Assembly (NCBI GenBank): GCA_965112735.1 | Contig: OZ218960.1 | Span: 124,001-188,000 of the forward strand | Direction of reading: 5' to 3' | Length of the DNA: 64,000 nucleotides | DNA from: Phaeosaccion multiseriatum | Taxonomy: Eukaryota; Protista; Ochrophyta, other classes | Shown: in pieces, positions 23,866 through 38,231 of the stretch | Layout: each line of letters opens with the position of its first letter | Position numbering within the stretch: position 1 is the first letter of the stretch | Made by a program: the position numbers and the translations under genes | Notes under the pieces: generated by a model | What the model was told of the DNA's origin: nothing | What the model saw: only the letters and a program-made list of their open reading frames with translations | The model's database searches: none

Positions 23866-25853
23866 GCAACAGCATCATCATCAACAGCATCAACAGCAAC
23901 TGCCTCATAAGACGAAGCAGCCAGCAACCAGCCCTCTCCATATTGGTCTCATCGATATCGTCCGTCTCCTGCACTGCACTGACACACACACATACACACA
24001 GAGAAACACACACAAACACACACAAGCACACACGTACTTGCGCGCGTTGACCACGGTGAGCATGGCGACAACATCCTCCAGCAGCCTCTTATCGAAGCCC
24101 GCAGAGCGCTTGCTCGCAACGGCTATGCGACGCCACACCTCGCGGAAGTTGTCAAGAAGGGCCTTCTCCGCCTTGCTCGGCTTCTTGCCTGCGGTGCGGT
24201 CCAGGGGGGGGGGGGGGTTGGTGGGGTTGGGGTGGGGAGGGGGGGGGGCGAGGCACACCGAGCGCAGCGCAGGGTATAGGGTATAGACAATTGAGGTTGT
24301 GGCGCAGAGCCAAGAGAGAAGAGGGCAGAAAGGTAGAGATTGAGTGAGATTGGAGCATGAATGGTCCTGTGCTGTGAGCACCCCCACACGCAGAGCAGAC
24401 AAGAGGCGAAAGCACCACCACCACCGCACTGCGATGCGCGGCAAGGCAGTCCGTCCGTCCGTCCGTCCGTCCGTCCGTCCATCCATTCTTCCATCCGTCC
24501 CGTCCGAACATCCTGCCGTCACTTACCGAGCACCTTGAGCCTCGGGACCTCCTTTGCGGCCCCTCCCTTGGCGGGCTTCTTGCTCTTCTTCCCTCCCGCT
24601 GCCCCAAGTGTGGGTCCTTCGTCTTCGTCTTCCTCCTCATCGCCGCCCCCAATATCGTCGTACACGGCTTCGAACAGCTCCGTCCACTCCTCCGTGGACA
24701 GGTCCGAGAATGTAGGCGCGCCCGTTGTGCCCGTTGTCGTTGTTCTTGCCGCCGCCCTTGCTCGTGCTTGGGCCTCGTTTTCCTCCTCGTCCTCGTCCAT
24801 CTCCTCCAGCGCCGCCGCTGCCGCTCGCACAGCTTCAGCAGGCGTGTGGTCTTTCGTCGCCCCCATGCACGCCATGAGAAAGCCGAACAGCTCCTGTAGG
24901 GCGGCGGGACGGTGGCGGCTGTACACGGAAGCCCACTCGGAGACCTCCGTCTCGAGGGCGCTGGAGCGCAGGCAGGCCTGGAAGAGGGTGTTCTGGCTGG
25001 CGTTCGAACCGCCGCCCGCCCCTCCCCTTACCTCCCTCCTCCCTCCCCCGCCGCCGCTGCTGCTGCCACCGCCACCGCCACCCTTGCCCCTTCCTCCGCC
25101 TTTGCTAGTGGCAGCGGTGGTAGTGGTGGTGGTGGCGGTGCTGCTGCTGCTGCTGGATTTTGGCGCTTTCGTCGCCCCCGCTCCCGCCTTCTTCTTGGCC
25201 GCTGCTGCTGCTACTGCGCCCTTTCCCTTCCCCGCTGCGGTCTCGGCTGTGGCTCCTTTCGCGTCGGACTTTCCCTTCTTGGCACCCCCTCCAGACCCAT
25301 TCTTTGCTCTTCCCTTCACCTTTACGCTCTCCAGGACCTCCTCCTCGCTGTCATCGCTGTCGTCATCGCTGCTCTCGGGGGTAGTCGTCGGCGTTGCAGT
25401 TTTTGCCCGTTTGCCCTTCTTGGAAGCGCTCGCAGCCGGAGAGGCTGTTCGCTTCGCACCCGAGCGTGCAGCGGGCGCGACCTTCCCTGTTTCGTTACCG
25501 CCACTACCATCAGCAGCAGTTGGTGATACGGCACCAGACCCTGGCGTCCTCCGAGAGCTGGAAGCTGGCTGCGGACTCTGCTTCGCCCCTGGCTTCGCCC
25601 CTCTGCCTTTCTTCCCGCTACCGGTATCGCTGCTGGTTCGCTTCCTCTTGGCCCGCTGAGCAGCTGAAGGAGGGGATGGAGAGGCCGAGGATTCGCTTTC
25701 CGCGCCATTGTTTCCCGCGTCTTCCCCCCCTTCCTCCTCCCCCTCCTCCTCCTCTCCCCGACCTCGCCGCCCTCCGAGGGGATAGATCTCCTTCGGCCTC
25801 TGCCGGTCGCGGCTACTGCGGCGCCCCCCCTGACTGGCGGCGGCGGCCACCAT
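17532..25853 (-). CDS. STAG: Cohesin subunit SA/STAG (Scc3) homolog, divergent, multi-exon
   Basis: N-terminal LFQACL..ETEVSEWASVY...ALQELFGFLMACMG. STAG/SCD core VLVHRLTDSRPEIRAEAIDGLRGWM...PSQF...Y..YMG.AL.DK...VR, then RLVEM..D.D. Long basic/acidic disordered termini. Confidence 0.8.
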
Positions 25854-26835
25854 GGTGGCTTTCCTCACCCCTTCCCCCTTCCCCCCACTGCCAGGCTTGA
25901 TATCTGTCAAGGGGAGTCAACCAACCCTGGGGGAAGAGGAAAACATTTTTGAAGGGGAAGAGAAACGCAATATAGGTGATCAGGGCTTCATTTGCTTCGC
26001 GGTGGCTGCAGTAAAGCGAGCGCTGAGAGTTCGAACAGAGCAAACGTTCGATGGGGAGGGAAGGCGGTGGAGAGGGGGGAAGCGAGGAACGACCAGGTCT
26101 GAACCGATCCTCGCGTGAGCAGGACAGAGAGACCTTTCCTTCCCATTAACACCATCCTAAGTCTACTCTTCCAAGCCCACTGCACAGAGGCCCTCTGCTC
26201 TTCCCTCGGTTGACGGATACATCGGAGAGGAGTTTTGAAATTCCTGTCCGATTTTGTCGTTCCTTCCCCCCTCCCACGATGATGCTTCCCTTACAACGCC
26301 AGTTTCATCACTATGAAAATGACGGCCCTTAGCGATCTCCTTCTTACCAAAGCTGCTCTCCCTCTTGGCGCGCTCTTTTTTTCAAGGGGGCTCCCGCCGG
26401 ATCGGATCCGGATCGCCAGTGCCAGTGTGGCGGGTAGGGCGTGAAGTGCCATCCAGGTGGGATGGCCTCCAGCAGCCGCAAAAAAGACAATTTAATCTCG
26501 AAAGGTGAGGCGTGCGCCGTGTGCCTCCTTGCTTTGGAGATCCCTCGTCTTTGTCGTCTTCGCTTTCACTACTCCTTTCATTTCTCCTTTCTCCCTCTTT
26601 TTCTTTTTCTCTTCTTCTCTTTCTCCCCCCCTTCTCTCTCTCCAGTCTCCCCATCTCTCTCTCCGATCCTTCTGTCTCCACCTTGCACTCTACATCTCTC
26701 TCCCACCCTTCTGTGCCCATCTCTTTCTCTCCCCCTCTGTCTCGCTCCACCTCACACTCTCAATCCACCTCTCTCTCCCCCCCCTCCCTCTCGCCCTCCC
26801 CCAGCTTCCCACTCACTGCAGCCTGACACTTGAGA

Positions 26836-27162
26836 ATGGGGAAGAAGAGGCCGAGACAGGAAGCGGGAGGACCTGGTCCTTCCACGGGATCTTCCAGTGG
26901 GGAGCAGATACCGGCACATAATGTGCACAAGCGCGGGAAGCAGAAGGATGCAGGGCCCAAAGCGCGGAAGCCGGGTGGAGGTGGAGGTGGAGGCGGAGCT
27001 TCCAAGACGAGAGGGGGAATGGCCGGTGGCAAGACGGCCAAGGCAGGGACAGACAAGAGACTGGAGGACATGGATGCAGATGAGTTCATGCGGTGGACCC
27101 CCTCCGCGGCGGGCAAGCTGTCAGCACTCACCGCTATGCCGAAGGAAGCTCAAGAGGAGGGA

Positions 27163-27195
<33 letters not shown>

Positions 27196-30090
27196 ATAGA
27201 CGACATCGATGCAGCGCTGGCCACATCCTCTGACGATGAGGAGGGTCAAGAGGAGGAGGGCGAGCAAGAGTCTCAGTCTGAAGACAATAGTGAGTCGGAG
27301 TCGGAGGAGGGGGAGGAGGGGGATGACGACGACAGCCCGGAAGCCCACGCCAAAGTGCTCGGTGATCTCGCCAGCAAGGACCCCGAATTCTTCAAGTACC
27401 TGCAGGCCGAGGAGCCCGGCCTGCTGCAGTTCGACCCCACGGTGAGTGAGGGACTGAGGGAGGGAGGGAGGGAGGAAGGAAGGGAGTGAGTGAGTGAGTG
27501 AGTGAGTGAGTGAGTGAGTGAGGGGGTTGAGTGAGTGTGTGAGTGAGTGAGTGGGTGGGTGAGTGATGGAGTGCTTGTCGGTTCGTGTTGTATGGATGGA
27601 GGACACGTGGTTCTTTCTCTATTGTATGGGTACGTACGTAGCATGTAAGGGGTATGTATGTTTATAGCATAGGGTCGGGGGGGGCCACTAATGTGCTTTG
27701 CTTCGCCGCCTCCGCTGCCTTCGCTGCCCGACTGACTGACTGACTGACTATTGACTGACTGACTGACCGACTGACGACTTGGCAGGAGTTTGAGGGGGAC
27801 GAGGAGGGAGAGCAGGACGGCGGGGCGGGCGGCAAAGGTTCCTCGGGCCCGCAGGAGCTCACCAGCGAAGTGCTCAAAGGGTTGTTTGAGGCCGCCTTTC
27901 AGAGGCGCTCGCTCACGGGTCTGCGGCGGCTGCTGCAGGCCTTCCGCTCGGGCTGCCACATGGGGGACGAGGACGAGGGAGGAGGGGCTGATGACTTCGA
28001 AGGAGGGGACGAGGAGGGAGGACGAGGGGGAGGAGGAGCGAAGAATCGTAAGTATCGCATCTCCACGTCTGAGATCTACAATGATCTCATGGTTGGTAGT
28101 CTAAAGAACCTCCACAAGGCCTTCTCGCACCACCTCTTCCCCAAGCAGCGCTTGATGGCCCTCAAAGAGGCCACAAGAGCCGCGGGAGTAGTACGCACAG
28201 CAGTTGGTGATACACCAGATACAGCAGTTGGTGATACAGGGGAGGGGGGTAAGGCCGGGGGCAACAAGAACAACTCCGCTGCCAAAGCCAAGGCCGCGAA
28301 GCTTCGCAAGGGTAAGGCGAGCACCGTGAAAGTCAATCCCGTGCTCTCCCTGAGCAAGGCGGACTTTAAGGCCGTGAGCAAAAGGCCCGTGTGGCGCGCC
28401 GTGCAGCCCATGCTCTACGGCTTCTTCAAGGCCCTCCTGCACGTGATGGGGCAGCTGAGGGATAAGGCGCTGTTGGCCTTTGTGCTCGAGTCGCTGCAGC
28501 ATTACGTGCCCTTGCTTGTGCCCTTCTCGCGCGTGGGGAGGCTTTATTTGAAGGCCCTCCTGGCGGTGTGGGGCTCCGCGACGGCGTGGGACTCCGAGGA
28601 CGGGGAGGATGAGGCAGTGGTGGAGCTGCCTCGCAACCAGGCGCTCGCCTTCCTCCGCATACGAGAGATGGCCATTGCCCTCCCCTTCCCCTTCATCGAG
28701 GACTGCCTTAAAGGTGCGTACGTGTGTGTGTGGGTGGGTGGGTGGGTGGGTGGGTGGGTGGGTAGGTATCTTAATGTGTTTATGTGGGTGGATGACTGTG
28801 GGTGGGTTGGTGTGGTTGGGTGGGTTGTGTGGGCATGTGTGTATGAATACTGACGTGTTCATACTTGCTACCCCACCCCCCTCTCCCGCCCATCAGGTGT
28901 GTACCTGAGCTACGTGCGTAACGCCAAGTTCGCCTCTGAGCAGACCCTGCCTAAGATCACCTTCCTGGGCAACTGCGTGGTGCAGCTGTACGGCCTGGAC
29001 ATCCCCTCCTCCTACCAGCAGGGCTTTGTCTACATACGTCAGGTAAGTAAGCAAGCCAGGAAGAAGGAAGGAAGGAAGGAAGTGGGCGCGTGCGTGAGTA
29101 AGTGCCCGTATGCCTCTGGATGGACGAATGGCTCCCATGCCCGACTCTGCATCTCGCCCTCTGTGTCATGTTCATCTGTCCGTGTCTGTCTCTCTCTCTG
29201 CCTGTCTGTCTGTCTCTCTCCCCCTTTCTGTCTTTCTCTCAGTTGGCGCTGCATCTCCGTCAGGCCATCACCAAAGGCAATCAAGTGAGTGAGTGAGTGA
29301 GTGAGTGAGTGAGTGAATGGGTGAGTGAGTGAGTGAATGGGTGAGTGAGTGAGTGAGTGAGTGAGTGAGTGTAGGAGTCCTTCCACCCCTTCTCTCGCGT
29401 CGTCCCTCTCACTATCCTCCTCCCTCTCCCTTCGAAATAGACCTCTAAACATGCAATCCCCCCCCCCCCCCCAGGAGCTGCAGCAGAACCTACTGAGGTG
29501 GCAGTTCTTCAACTGCCTGAAGCTGTGGACCGCTGTGCTTGCCGCCTACCCCGCCGAGGAGGACCTCAGGATGCTTGTGTATCCCCTCGCGCAGGTGAGT
29601 GAGTGAGGGAGGGAGTGAGGGAGGGAGCGAGCTCTGGCGTGTGCAAGAAGCGTAGTGAGTAGTCATTCATGTGCTTTCTTGATCTCCTGGCTTGGCACAC
29701 AAATGATGGAAGAAGACCACGATGACTTACTAGTTATAAAATCAGAAACTCGACCTCCCCTCCCCCCTCTCTACTCCTCTATTCAATGCCTTAGGTTATC
29801 ACCGGCGTGATTAGCCTCATGCCTGTCGTCCGATTCAGCCCCATGCGCCTCCACTGCGTGGCGCTGCTGCAGCAGTTGGCCTGCTGCACCGGGGAGTTTG
29901 TGCCTGTGTCTTCCCTCCTGCTGGACGTGCTGGAGGCACTGGGCAGTAAGGCCCCTTCCCCCTCCACCGCCGCCGCCCCCGTGCTGCAGTACCTGCTCAA
30001 GCTCAACAAGCAGGAGGAGGCGGCTCGCAGCACGCAGGATGCACTCGTGTCGGAGGTGGTACGACTGCTGCAGGTGTGTATGTATGTATG

Positions 30091-30121
<31 letters not shown>

Positions 30122-30889
30122 TCTGTTTGGAGGTTGGAGGATGGAGGTGGAATGGAGTGGTGGTGTGGGGCTCTGGTAGAGTAGTCGGCACGACGTCTCC
30201 AGGCACGCACCCCACACCCGCACGCACCCACCTAACTTCACACGCACGCACCCACACAGGTGGAGGCGTCTCTGTACAAGTACAGCGCTGCCTTCCCCGA
30301 GCTCTGCATCCCCTTGGTCACCAGGCTCAAGCGCTTCATCAAGCAGTGCCGTGTGAGCAAGTGGCGAGTCATGATCAGGGGAGTGATTGACGGTATGGAG
30401 GGGCAGGCCCGGTGGGTGGCTCAGCGACGCTTGGTATTACTCGGACCGACGGCAGGAGGAGGAGGAGGAGGCGGAGGAGCGGCTCGAGTCATGGGGCTTG
30501 AAGTGCTTGCTCCACCGGGGGCTCCTTCCATGGGGGAGAGGCTCAGTCAATCGGGCAGGGCAGGGGCAGGAGGAGGCTTTGGAGAGGGTGGCGCGAGCAC
30601 GGAGGCGTCCATCACTGCTGCTACTGCTGTTGGGGGTGGGGGGTGTCCCAATCAGACCAAGAAGGGCTCGAAGGACAGCAACAAGAGCAGTAAGAAGAAG
30701 GGGCAGCAGAAGAGGGAGGAGGAGGAGGGGAACAAGGGGAGCAAGGCGAAGGCGAAGGCGACCAGCAGCGGCAAGAAGAAGGTGAACAAGGCTGCTGCGG
30801 CTGCGGCTGCTGCGGCGACGGCGGAGGAGATGAGCGCCGATGCCCCGGATCTTGTGGAGCAGTTTGATGGATGGAGCGACGAAGATTGA
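26836..30889 (+). CDS. NOC2: Nucleolar complex protein 2 homolog, multi-exon
   Basis: Motifs LASKDPEFFKYLQAEEPGLLQFD, LLQAFRSGCH, LAFLRIREMA, LKGVYLSYVRNAKF, SYQQGFVYIRQLALHLR, WQFFNCLKLW, LVYPLAQV, RFSPMRLHCV and AFPELCIP. Confidence 0.93.
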
Positions 30890-31453
30890 TTGATTGATTG
30901 GTTGATTGATTGCCAGGATCGAAGGCCTGAGTGATTGACAGACAGAATGGATGAGATTTGATTGACTGAGAGGATTGATGCTCTGCTGAGGGTTGATTCG
31001 TTGACTTGGAAGGATTCATTCCTGCCTTTGCTGAGGGTGGATGGATGAGGAGCGGCAAGGGAGGATTTGATGCTGCGAGGATTCATGAGGTTGATGCATC
31101 GCAGTGATGGATCGATGGGACTGATGGATGCTCTGCTGCTTCGGTGCCTCGGTTCGGGGGGTGTAGGAGGAGCTCTGCTGCGAAGCTGGAGAAGAGCTGT
31201 AGGTGGACTGTAGGTGGGCTGTGGTAGTAGGGGGCTGGGGCTGGTCTATCAAACAACTTGCTGCCCAGCTGCTAAAATTATTATGATGTACTTGAATTGA
31301 AATACTACTCATGATTAGGAAGTCCATTCTCACTTTGAGTTACTTTTCGCTTTCCCCGCCTCCCCGTTGTGCACTGGGCTGTGTGTTAGCGACAATGCCA
31401 CCCATTGCCATCCATGCCGACAGATTGGCTGACAGGGAAATGCACCACTCCCA

Positions 31454-34400
31454 CTAGGAGTCACTAAGAGGGGGGGCAGCAGCACCAGCAGCAGCACCAG
31501 CAGCAACAGTAGCAGCCGCTGTCTTGGCTCCTTCGGTCTGTGAATGGGGAGAAGGCGAGAGGAGAGGAGCGGGATGAGAGGTTAGGCGGAGTCAGCAAGT
31601 CAGAAAGTCAGTCAGTCAGTCAGTCAGTCAGTCAGTCAGTCAGCCAGCCAGTAAGTCAGTAAGTCAGTGAGCGAGGCGCCTGCCTGACTCACCAACGGCT
31701 CCAAGATGTCGTCAAGCATATCGTCCTGATACATGTCCCCGATGGAGCGGAGGTCAGGATCGTTCAAGTCCTCTTGCAGGCTGAACACTTCCTTCAGCTG
31801 ACGGGCTGGGGGATGGCAGTACATGTGGCAGATGGCAGTGGGTGAGGGGTAGGGAGGGAAGGACGAGAGACTGAAGAAGAATGGCAGAGGAAAGTGACCT
31901 TCCACGAGACTACTGTCACCTCCTCCTAGGCGTGCACAATGTACGCTGTGGTTCGCCGTTGCGTCGCCATCTGCAACTCACCCGCCACCGCTGCCCAGTC
32001 TCTCCCCTTGAGTAACCCGTCCCTAACCCTGGGCACTTGCTCCATCAGTAGACTGCCTTGCCCCTGTTGGTGAGGGGCAGGGACCTCCATGATTGCCAGC
32101 TCGTCCCTTGGGGTATTGGGTATCGGGTGTTGGGTATCGGGTGTTGATTGGGTTGTGGAGTGAAGGGCGGGGGGGGGGGGGGGGAGTGTGGGCAGGAAAA
32201 CAGCAGTGTGTTGGTAAGGTCATGTCTGCAAATTCTCGTACCTTCCTTCCTTCCTTCCGTTCTTTATTTCTTTCTCTCCCTCCCTCCCTCCTTGCTTCCT
32301 TCCTCCCTTGCTCTCCCTCTCTCCGCCCTTCCTTCCCAAGTGGAGCTACCCTCCCTCTGCTCTCCCTCTGCCCTCCCGCCTCACTGCATGCCTCACATGT
32401 ATCGCTGCACATCGGCAAGGATGGGCAATTGGTCCAAGAGGACGTCATTGATGAACTTTCTGCAGCGCAGGAGGCAGTCCTTGCGGAAAGAGTTGAGGTG
32501 ATACTTCTCTCGGCACTCGGGCTTGCACCTGACAGGACAGACACAGCACAAAGGAGGGAGGGAGGGAAGGAAGGAGGGAGGGAGGGAGGGAGGGAGGGAG
32601 GGAGAGAGTAAAGGAGGGAGGGAGGGAGGGAGGGAGGGATGGAGGGAGAGAGGGAGGGATGGATGGAGGGAGGGAGGAAGGGATGGGGGGAGGGAGGGAG
32701 GGAGGGAGAGGGAGAGATGAGGTAAGAGGGAGAGGGAGTGAGGGAGGGAGGGAGAGAAGGAGAGATGAGGGAAGAGAGAGAGAGAGACGAGGGAAGAGAG
32801 AGAGGGAAAGGGAAGTAACAAAAGCAGACAGGCAGGTAGGCAGGCAGGCAGGTAGACAGGTGGCTCGAGCAGTGGAAGGGCAGACTCACACAGCACGTGG
32901 CCTTGTAGGGGTGAGGTGAGCGGAAGAGGGGCGGAGGGATCAGGCACCATGTGCGACGAGAGAGGACAGCGGAGGTGTGGGTTGGCGAAATGACTCAATG
33001 ACTTAAGAACTGACTTAATGACTTACGTAAGGTAGAAAATGGTGATCCACACCTGTGCCTCTGTCTTTGTCACCTGTGAGCAACGGAGATGGAGGTGTTA
33101 GGGATGTATAAGCACGCATGTAGCGAGGGAGAGCCATCCATTGCCATCCATTGCCATTCACTGCCATTCACTGCCATTCACTGCCATCCACCCACCTTGA
33201 GCAGGTCGACAGGCTTGACCTCCCTCCACTGAAAGTCGTCGAACTTGTCCCACTGCCCGTTGTCCAGCCTTCGCGTCCAGGGGGGGTTCTCCACGAGCGG
33301 CACAAGTCCGAGCAGCATGTCATGTGTGTCCAGGATGCGCGTTGTCACGCTCAGGGGCAGGGCCTACGGTGTCGTAAGTTTGGGGCGTTCGTTGCCGTAC
33401 GTTAGGGGTGTTTTGTTGCCGTACGTTAGGGAGACAGAGGAAGTAAGAAGACGCGCTTGTTGGTATAGGGGGTGTAGGGAGCACTTGAGGTCTGTGCGTT
33501 TGTGCGGGAGGGCGAGGGCGAGGGTTGGAATGAATGCATGCAACGGATGGCAGCGGATGTATCCGCACCTTTCTTCTAGAGAGACGAACACATACCCCCC
33601 CTCCTCTCCTCCCTCCCCCGTACCGTGATGTGCTCAGTGATGTATCTGATCAGCGTGACTGCGGTGATGCATACTCTAAACTGCACGTCGTCGCGCTGCT
33701 CCTCGAGCTCCTCCATCGGTTTCCGAGCCTGTAGAGCTTGCACGTAGGCTCCTGCCTCCTCCGCCTTGGAGGGCACTTGTGGGGCGGCTGCTTGGGTCAA
33801 GGCCAAGGAGGAAAGGAGCAAGGGAAGAGGGGCGAGGGGTGAGGTGCAGGGGGCAAGGAGCAGAACACGCGCGAAGGCAGAGACAGCAGTACGTAAGAAT
33901 CTTATGATGTGCGGCCCTCCCTCCCTCCCTCGCTCCCCCGCTCCTTCCCTCCCTCCCTCCCTCCCTCCCTCCCTCCCTCGCTCGCTCGTTCCTTCCCTCC
34001 CTCTCTCCCTCCTTCACTCACCCCTCTTAGGCTGCGAAAACCTCCTCTGCGAGGCGTTGAGGGTGAGTATTTGCCTCGCTGTGTAGTCAACGAGCTCCAC
34101 CATTAAGTCTTCTCCGATCTCCTCACACACGTGCTTGTGAAACAGCACCACCTCCAGCAGGTTGGTGAGGGTCGCTTCGTGGTACAGGATGAAGTAGAGT
34201 CGCATATTGCACCGTCCTGTCAGGATGCGGTCGTCCTCCTCCTTGTCATCATCGTCCTCGCCCGCCTCCTCCTCCTCGTCATCAACCCCCTCTTTGGGAA
34301 TTTCTTCCGGCTCCTCCTGCCCCCCCCCCCCCTCAACCTCGTCCGCGCTATCGCTTTCTGCTGCCTGTTTAGTCTTTCTCCGCTTCTTCGAAGGCTCCAA

Positions 34401-35199
34401 CAGCTCCGGCAACACCTTTTGGCAGCCATCGCAGAGCAGCAGCAGTAGCAATAGCAGCAGCGGTAGCAGCAGCAGCAGTTGCGTTTGTGGAACAGTATCA
34501 TCGTAGAAAACGACAGGGCTACTCTCGATGTTGAGAGACCGGACGTCTTCCCACGGCGACCCCCCCCCCCCCCCGCGCGCGCTGCTTTGCCGTTCTTCCC
34601 TCTTACCTTTTCCCGCCAGGCCTCCACCAGGAGCAGCTCCTTGACGAGAACCCTGACCTTGTCAAAGGTCAGCAGCGCTTCGAGAATAAACTCGTCGCTG
34701 CGGGACATTGCCGACTGGTGCGCCTGGAGATTCAACTTCGTGATCTGCTGGTGCTGCTGCATCCAGCTGCATGTCCGTAAAAGGGGAAGGGGAAGGGGAA
34801 GGGGAAGCGGGGGGGTGGGTTGCCTGACAATGGAAAGAGCTTGCATTCTATTTAGAGAAGAGTGGGTCCATCCAACAGGACTTCGACTGCTGGTACATTG
34901 TCACTACGGTACCGTCTAAGCCCGAGCCCCAGCCCCAGCCCAAGGCCCTCCCACTCCTGCTCTCTTTTCTCTCCATCCCTCCCTTCGCACCTGCTGTTTC
35001 CCACTTCCTCCAGTGAGAACTCCCTGAGACCCTCCACAAAGCGCTCCGCATCAGCCACATGTAGTAAGGGAGCGCTCTCTGCCACCGCCCCGTACTCGTT
35101 CTCGTCCTCAATCGCCATCCTCCCCGGGCGAGAAGGGAGCGACCAGTCATGCTCGGGTGCGGCCGGCCCCTGCTTCCCTCTGCTGTCGTCTACCGCCAT
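31454..35199 (-). CDS. ZMYND10: ZMYND10 (BLU) dynein-arm assembly factor homolog, apparently lacking the C-terminal MYND finger
   Basis: Motifs DAERFVEGLREFSLEEVG, WMQQHQQITKLNLQAH..A....DEFILEALLTFDKV..LVKELLLVEAWREKV, LYFILYHEATLTNLLEVVLFH, LVELVDY, IRYITEH, LVPLVENPPW, AQVWI, DQLPILADVQRY. The last exon 31537-31454 encodes only an Ala-rich tail. Confidence 0.88.
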
Positions 35200-35432
35200 A
35201 CTCTCTCCACCTTGTCTCCAACTGGACTTGTCTGGAATGCTTGCGGACTTCTCCTTTGCCCCTTGCTCCTCTCTTTCCTCTCCTAGCGTCTCTATAAGAC
35301 GAAGGCTAGGTTCGTTAACGGAGATCGTCGCCAGGATTCTCGGAGAACAACACGCGAGCCTGAGGACATACATGCCGTTTCAGATTCAAATCGTTCGTTC
35401 AATGAATTCGCCGCTGTGAAGCGCCCTTCGCG

Positions 35433-38200
35433 ATGCATAAGCTCGGCGCCTTCGACTTTGATGCTCCTATTCCTGAGTGGTCATCTGAAACCCAAGACCC
35501 GTCCCGTGCTTCAGCAGCAGGAGGAGGAGGACGAGGAGGAGGACGCGGAGGAGGCAGGACAGGGAAGCAACAACATGGCCGGCAGCAGACGGAGCCTGCC
35601 GTGCTCTCCATGTTCAGGGCAAGTAAGACGCGGCAACGACCCAGGCCCTGGCGGGAGGCCGCGTCCTCCGTGATTAGGCCACCTAATGATGCTATCAAGA
35701 ACAAGGTGAGGAGCACCAGCGGTAGGAGCAGCTCTCCTGCACTGCCTCCCAGCAAGTACTTTGGCGACAACGCGACAAATGCGAACATCGCCAATACTGC
35801 CGCTGCTGCTGAAGACAAAGCAGGGGGTGTTGTTGGATCCAGCCTGCGAACGAGCTTTAGCGTCGGCCACATGCAGCGTTGCGACCTCACAATCAATCTC
35901 CAGGGCCGCCCGCGAGAGGAGCACGAGCGTACTTTGGACGTGATGCGCTACTACCCAGCGGGTCTAACAGGGGGAAGGGGAAGTGCTCCTCGCAGGCACA
36001 GAGGTGGTGCACGCTCGAACGGTGGCGATGGCTCGGACTATGAGCGTGCTGGGGGGCGTGCCGATGACTGTTCTCAGGCGTCTGTCGCCACCAACGCCGC
36101 CGACTACGGTATGATAGAGCAAGATGTGGCATATGAAAAGCAGGCAAATGTGCTTTCGGGGGAGGCTGAAGAAGGGGGAGGAGGGGGGGGGGGAGGGGGA
36201 GGAGGAGAGGTCCCTGTGAAGCGAGATCAAAGCAATGGGGCAGAAGGGCAGGGGCAAGGGCCAGAGTCAGGGCCCGAGTCAGGGCCAGGCCCCCTTGGCC
36301 AGGACAGGCCGGGCATGGCACCAGATGGAGCAACACCGAGCGCTGCACGCAGAGGGGCGCCCCTGCCCACAGCGAGTCGAAGCGCTGCAGCGAATCCGCC
36401 AGGCCGAGTTGTACTACCAACGAAGGCGGTGGCGCTTGTGCCTGCAGCCCCCAATGGCAGGGGTCCCACTTCCCCGTCTGGAGGAGGAATAGGGGGAGTA
36501 GGAGGAGGAGTAGTAGTGGGGGACGGAGGGAGAGGCGGCAGCACGGCACCGCTGGTGACGGTGGGCTGGGGCCAGCCAGTGCCAGCCCCGTCGCTGGAGA
36601 TCCGAGCTGTCGCGCAGCCCCCCTGGGGAAGTCGGCCCCAGGAGCTTCCTCGTGCCGCATTGATGGTGGATGGCTTGGGACAGCAGGCCGCGTCAGGGTC
36701 AGGGTCAGGGTCAGGGTCAGGGTCAGGGTCAGGGTCAGGGACAGGGTCAGGGACAGGGTCGGGGTCGGGACCGCTGTTGCTAGCTCAGGCTCAGAGGGAG
36801 GTTCTTAGCGTGGACGTGCCCGCTCCCCCGGGGGCGCAGAAGAAGGTGCCTACAACTGGCGGTGGCGGCGGCGTCATCTTCTCGCACAGCGGCGGCGGTC
36901 ATGATCAGTACCAGGGCTCCCTAGTAGGGTTTCCAAGTCGAGGTCATGATCAGTACCAGGGCTCCACCCAGCAGGGCTCCTCTCAGTCCCCTCTGCTGCA
37001 ACTGTCACACCTGTCCAGGCCAGACCAGCCCTTCCTCCCGCACCAGGACGATGGAAAAGCTGTTGCTGCAGCAGTTGGTGGTACGAGTGGTGGTGGTGCT
37101 GGTGCTGGTGCTGCTGCTCCATCGTACAGCATGAGTTACTTTGGTCTCCACGACGGGATGATGGGCATCCTGTCCAACAGGCAGGCCATGGGAGACAAGG
37201 CTCAGGCAGTGGCTCAGCACCGGAGAGCAGTCCGGACAACAGGTAGGTCGAGTAGTTCTTCGTCTCGCTCTCTCGCCAGCTGTCGTCGTCGTCCACTGCT
37301 CACTCACTCACTCACTCACTCACTCACTCACTCACTCACTCACTCACTCACTCACTCACTCACTCACTCACTCACTCACTCATTCATTCACTCACTCATT
37401 CACTTACTCGCTCACTCACTCACTCACTCCCTCACTCACTTCACTTACTCAACCACTCACTCACTCACTCACTCACTCACCCACTCACTTACTCACTCAC
37501 TCTACGCACTCCCACAGGGCGTCTCCACAAACCTGGCAGGATCCAGAATGGCAGTGGACGGCCCCAGAGCTCCGGCCCCGGGGGACCCAGGGGCAGGAGC
37601 GGCAGTCGTATGGGCGGCAGCAGGGATAGGAAGAGGAGCATTAGCGGTAGGAGCAGCAGCAGCATGACGAGGGTGGGCAGTAGCCGAAGGGGGCAAGGGC
37701 AAGGGCAAGGGCAGCCCCCCGGGGGGGAGTACTCCGACGACGAGGGCGAGGTACGTAGGCCCTGCGTACACCACGCAAGCACACACACACGCACGCACGC
37801 ACACACACACACACACGCGGGTTGGTGGTACGGCCCACATCCCATTCATAAGTCAATGGGTCTGTCTGGATGGGGCCTGTCCTGTCTTCTTGTGTCCTTC
37901 CTCTCCTCCCTTCCCCGGTCCTCTCTGAACCCTTCCTCTATCATCTCTTGACCATAGACTTGCCATCCACTGCCATCCCCCCTTGAACCTTATGACCCCC
38001 CCTTCTCGCTTGCCCCTCTCCCCCGCCCCCCCGGCCTCGCCTCTGGCATCTCTCGTACGCATGTGATGTGATGTGCGTGTGCGTGCATGTGCGTGCGTGC
38101 TCTCTTCCCTCTTCTGCTTGCAGAGCATGGTGGCAGACTGCCTACTCATCCGCCTAGACCCAGACGAGGAGCTCAGGCGACAGCAACGCCGGAGAGAGAG

Positions 38201-38231
<31 letters not shown>

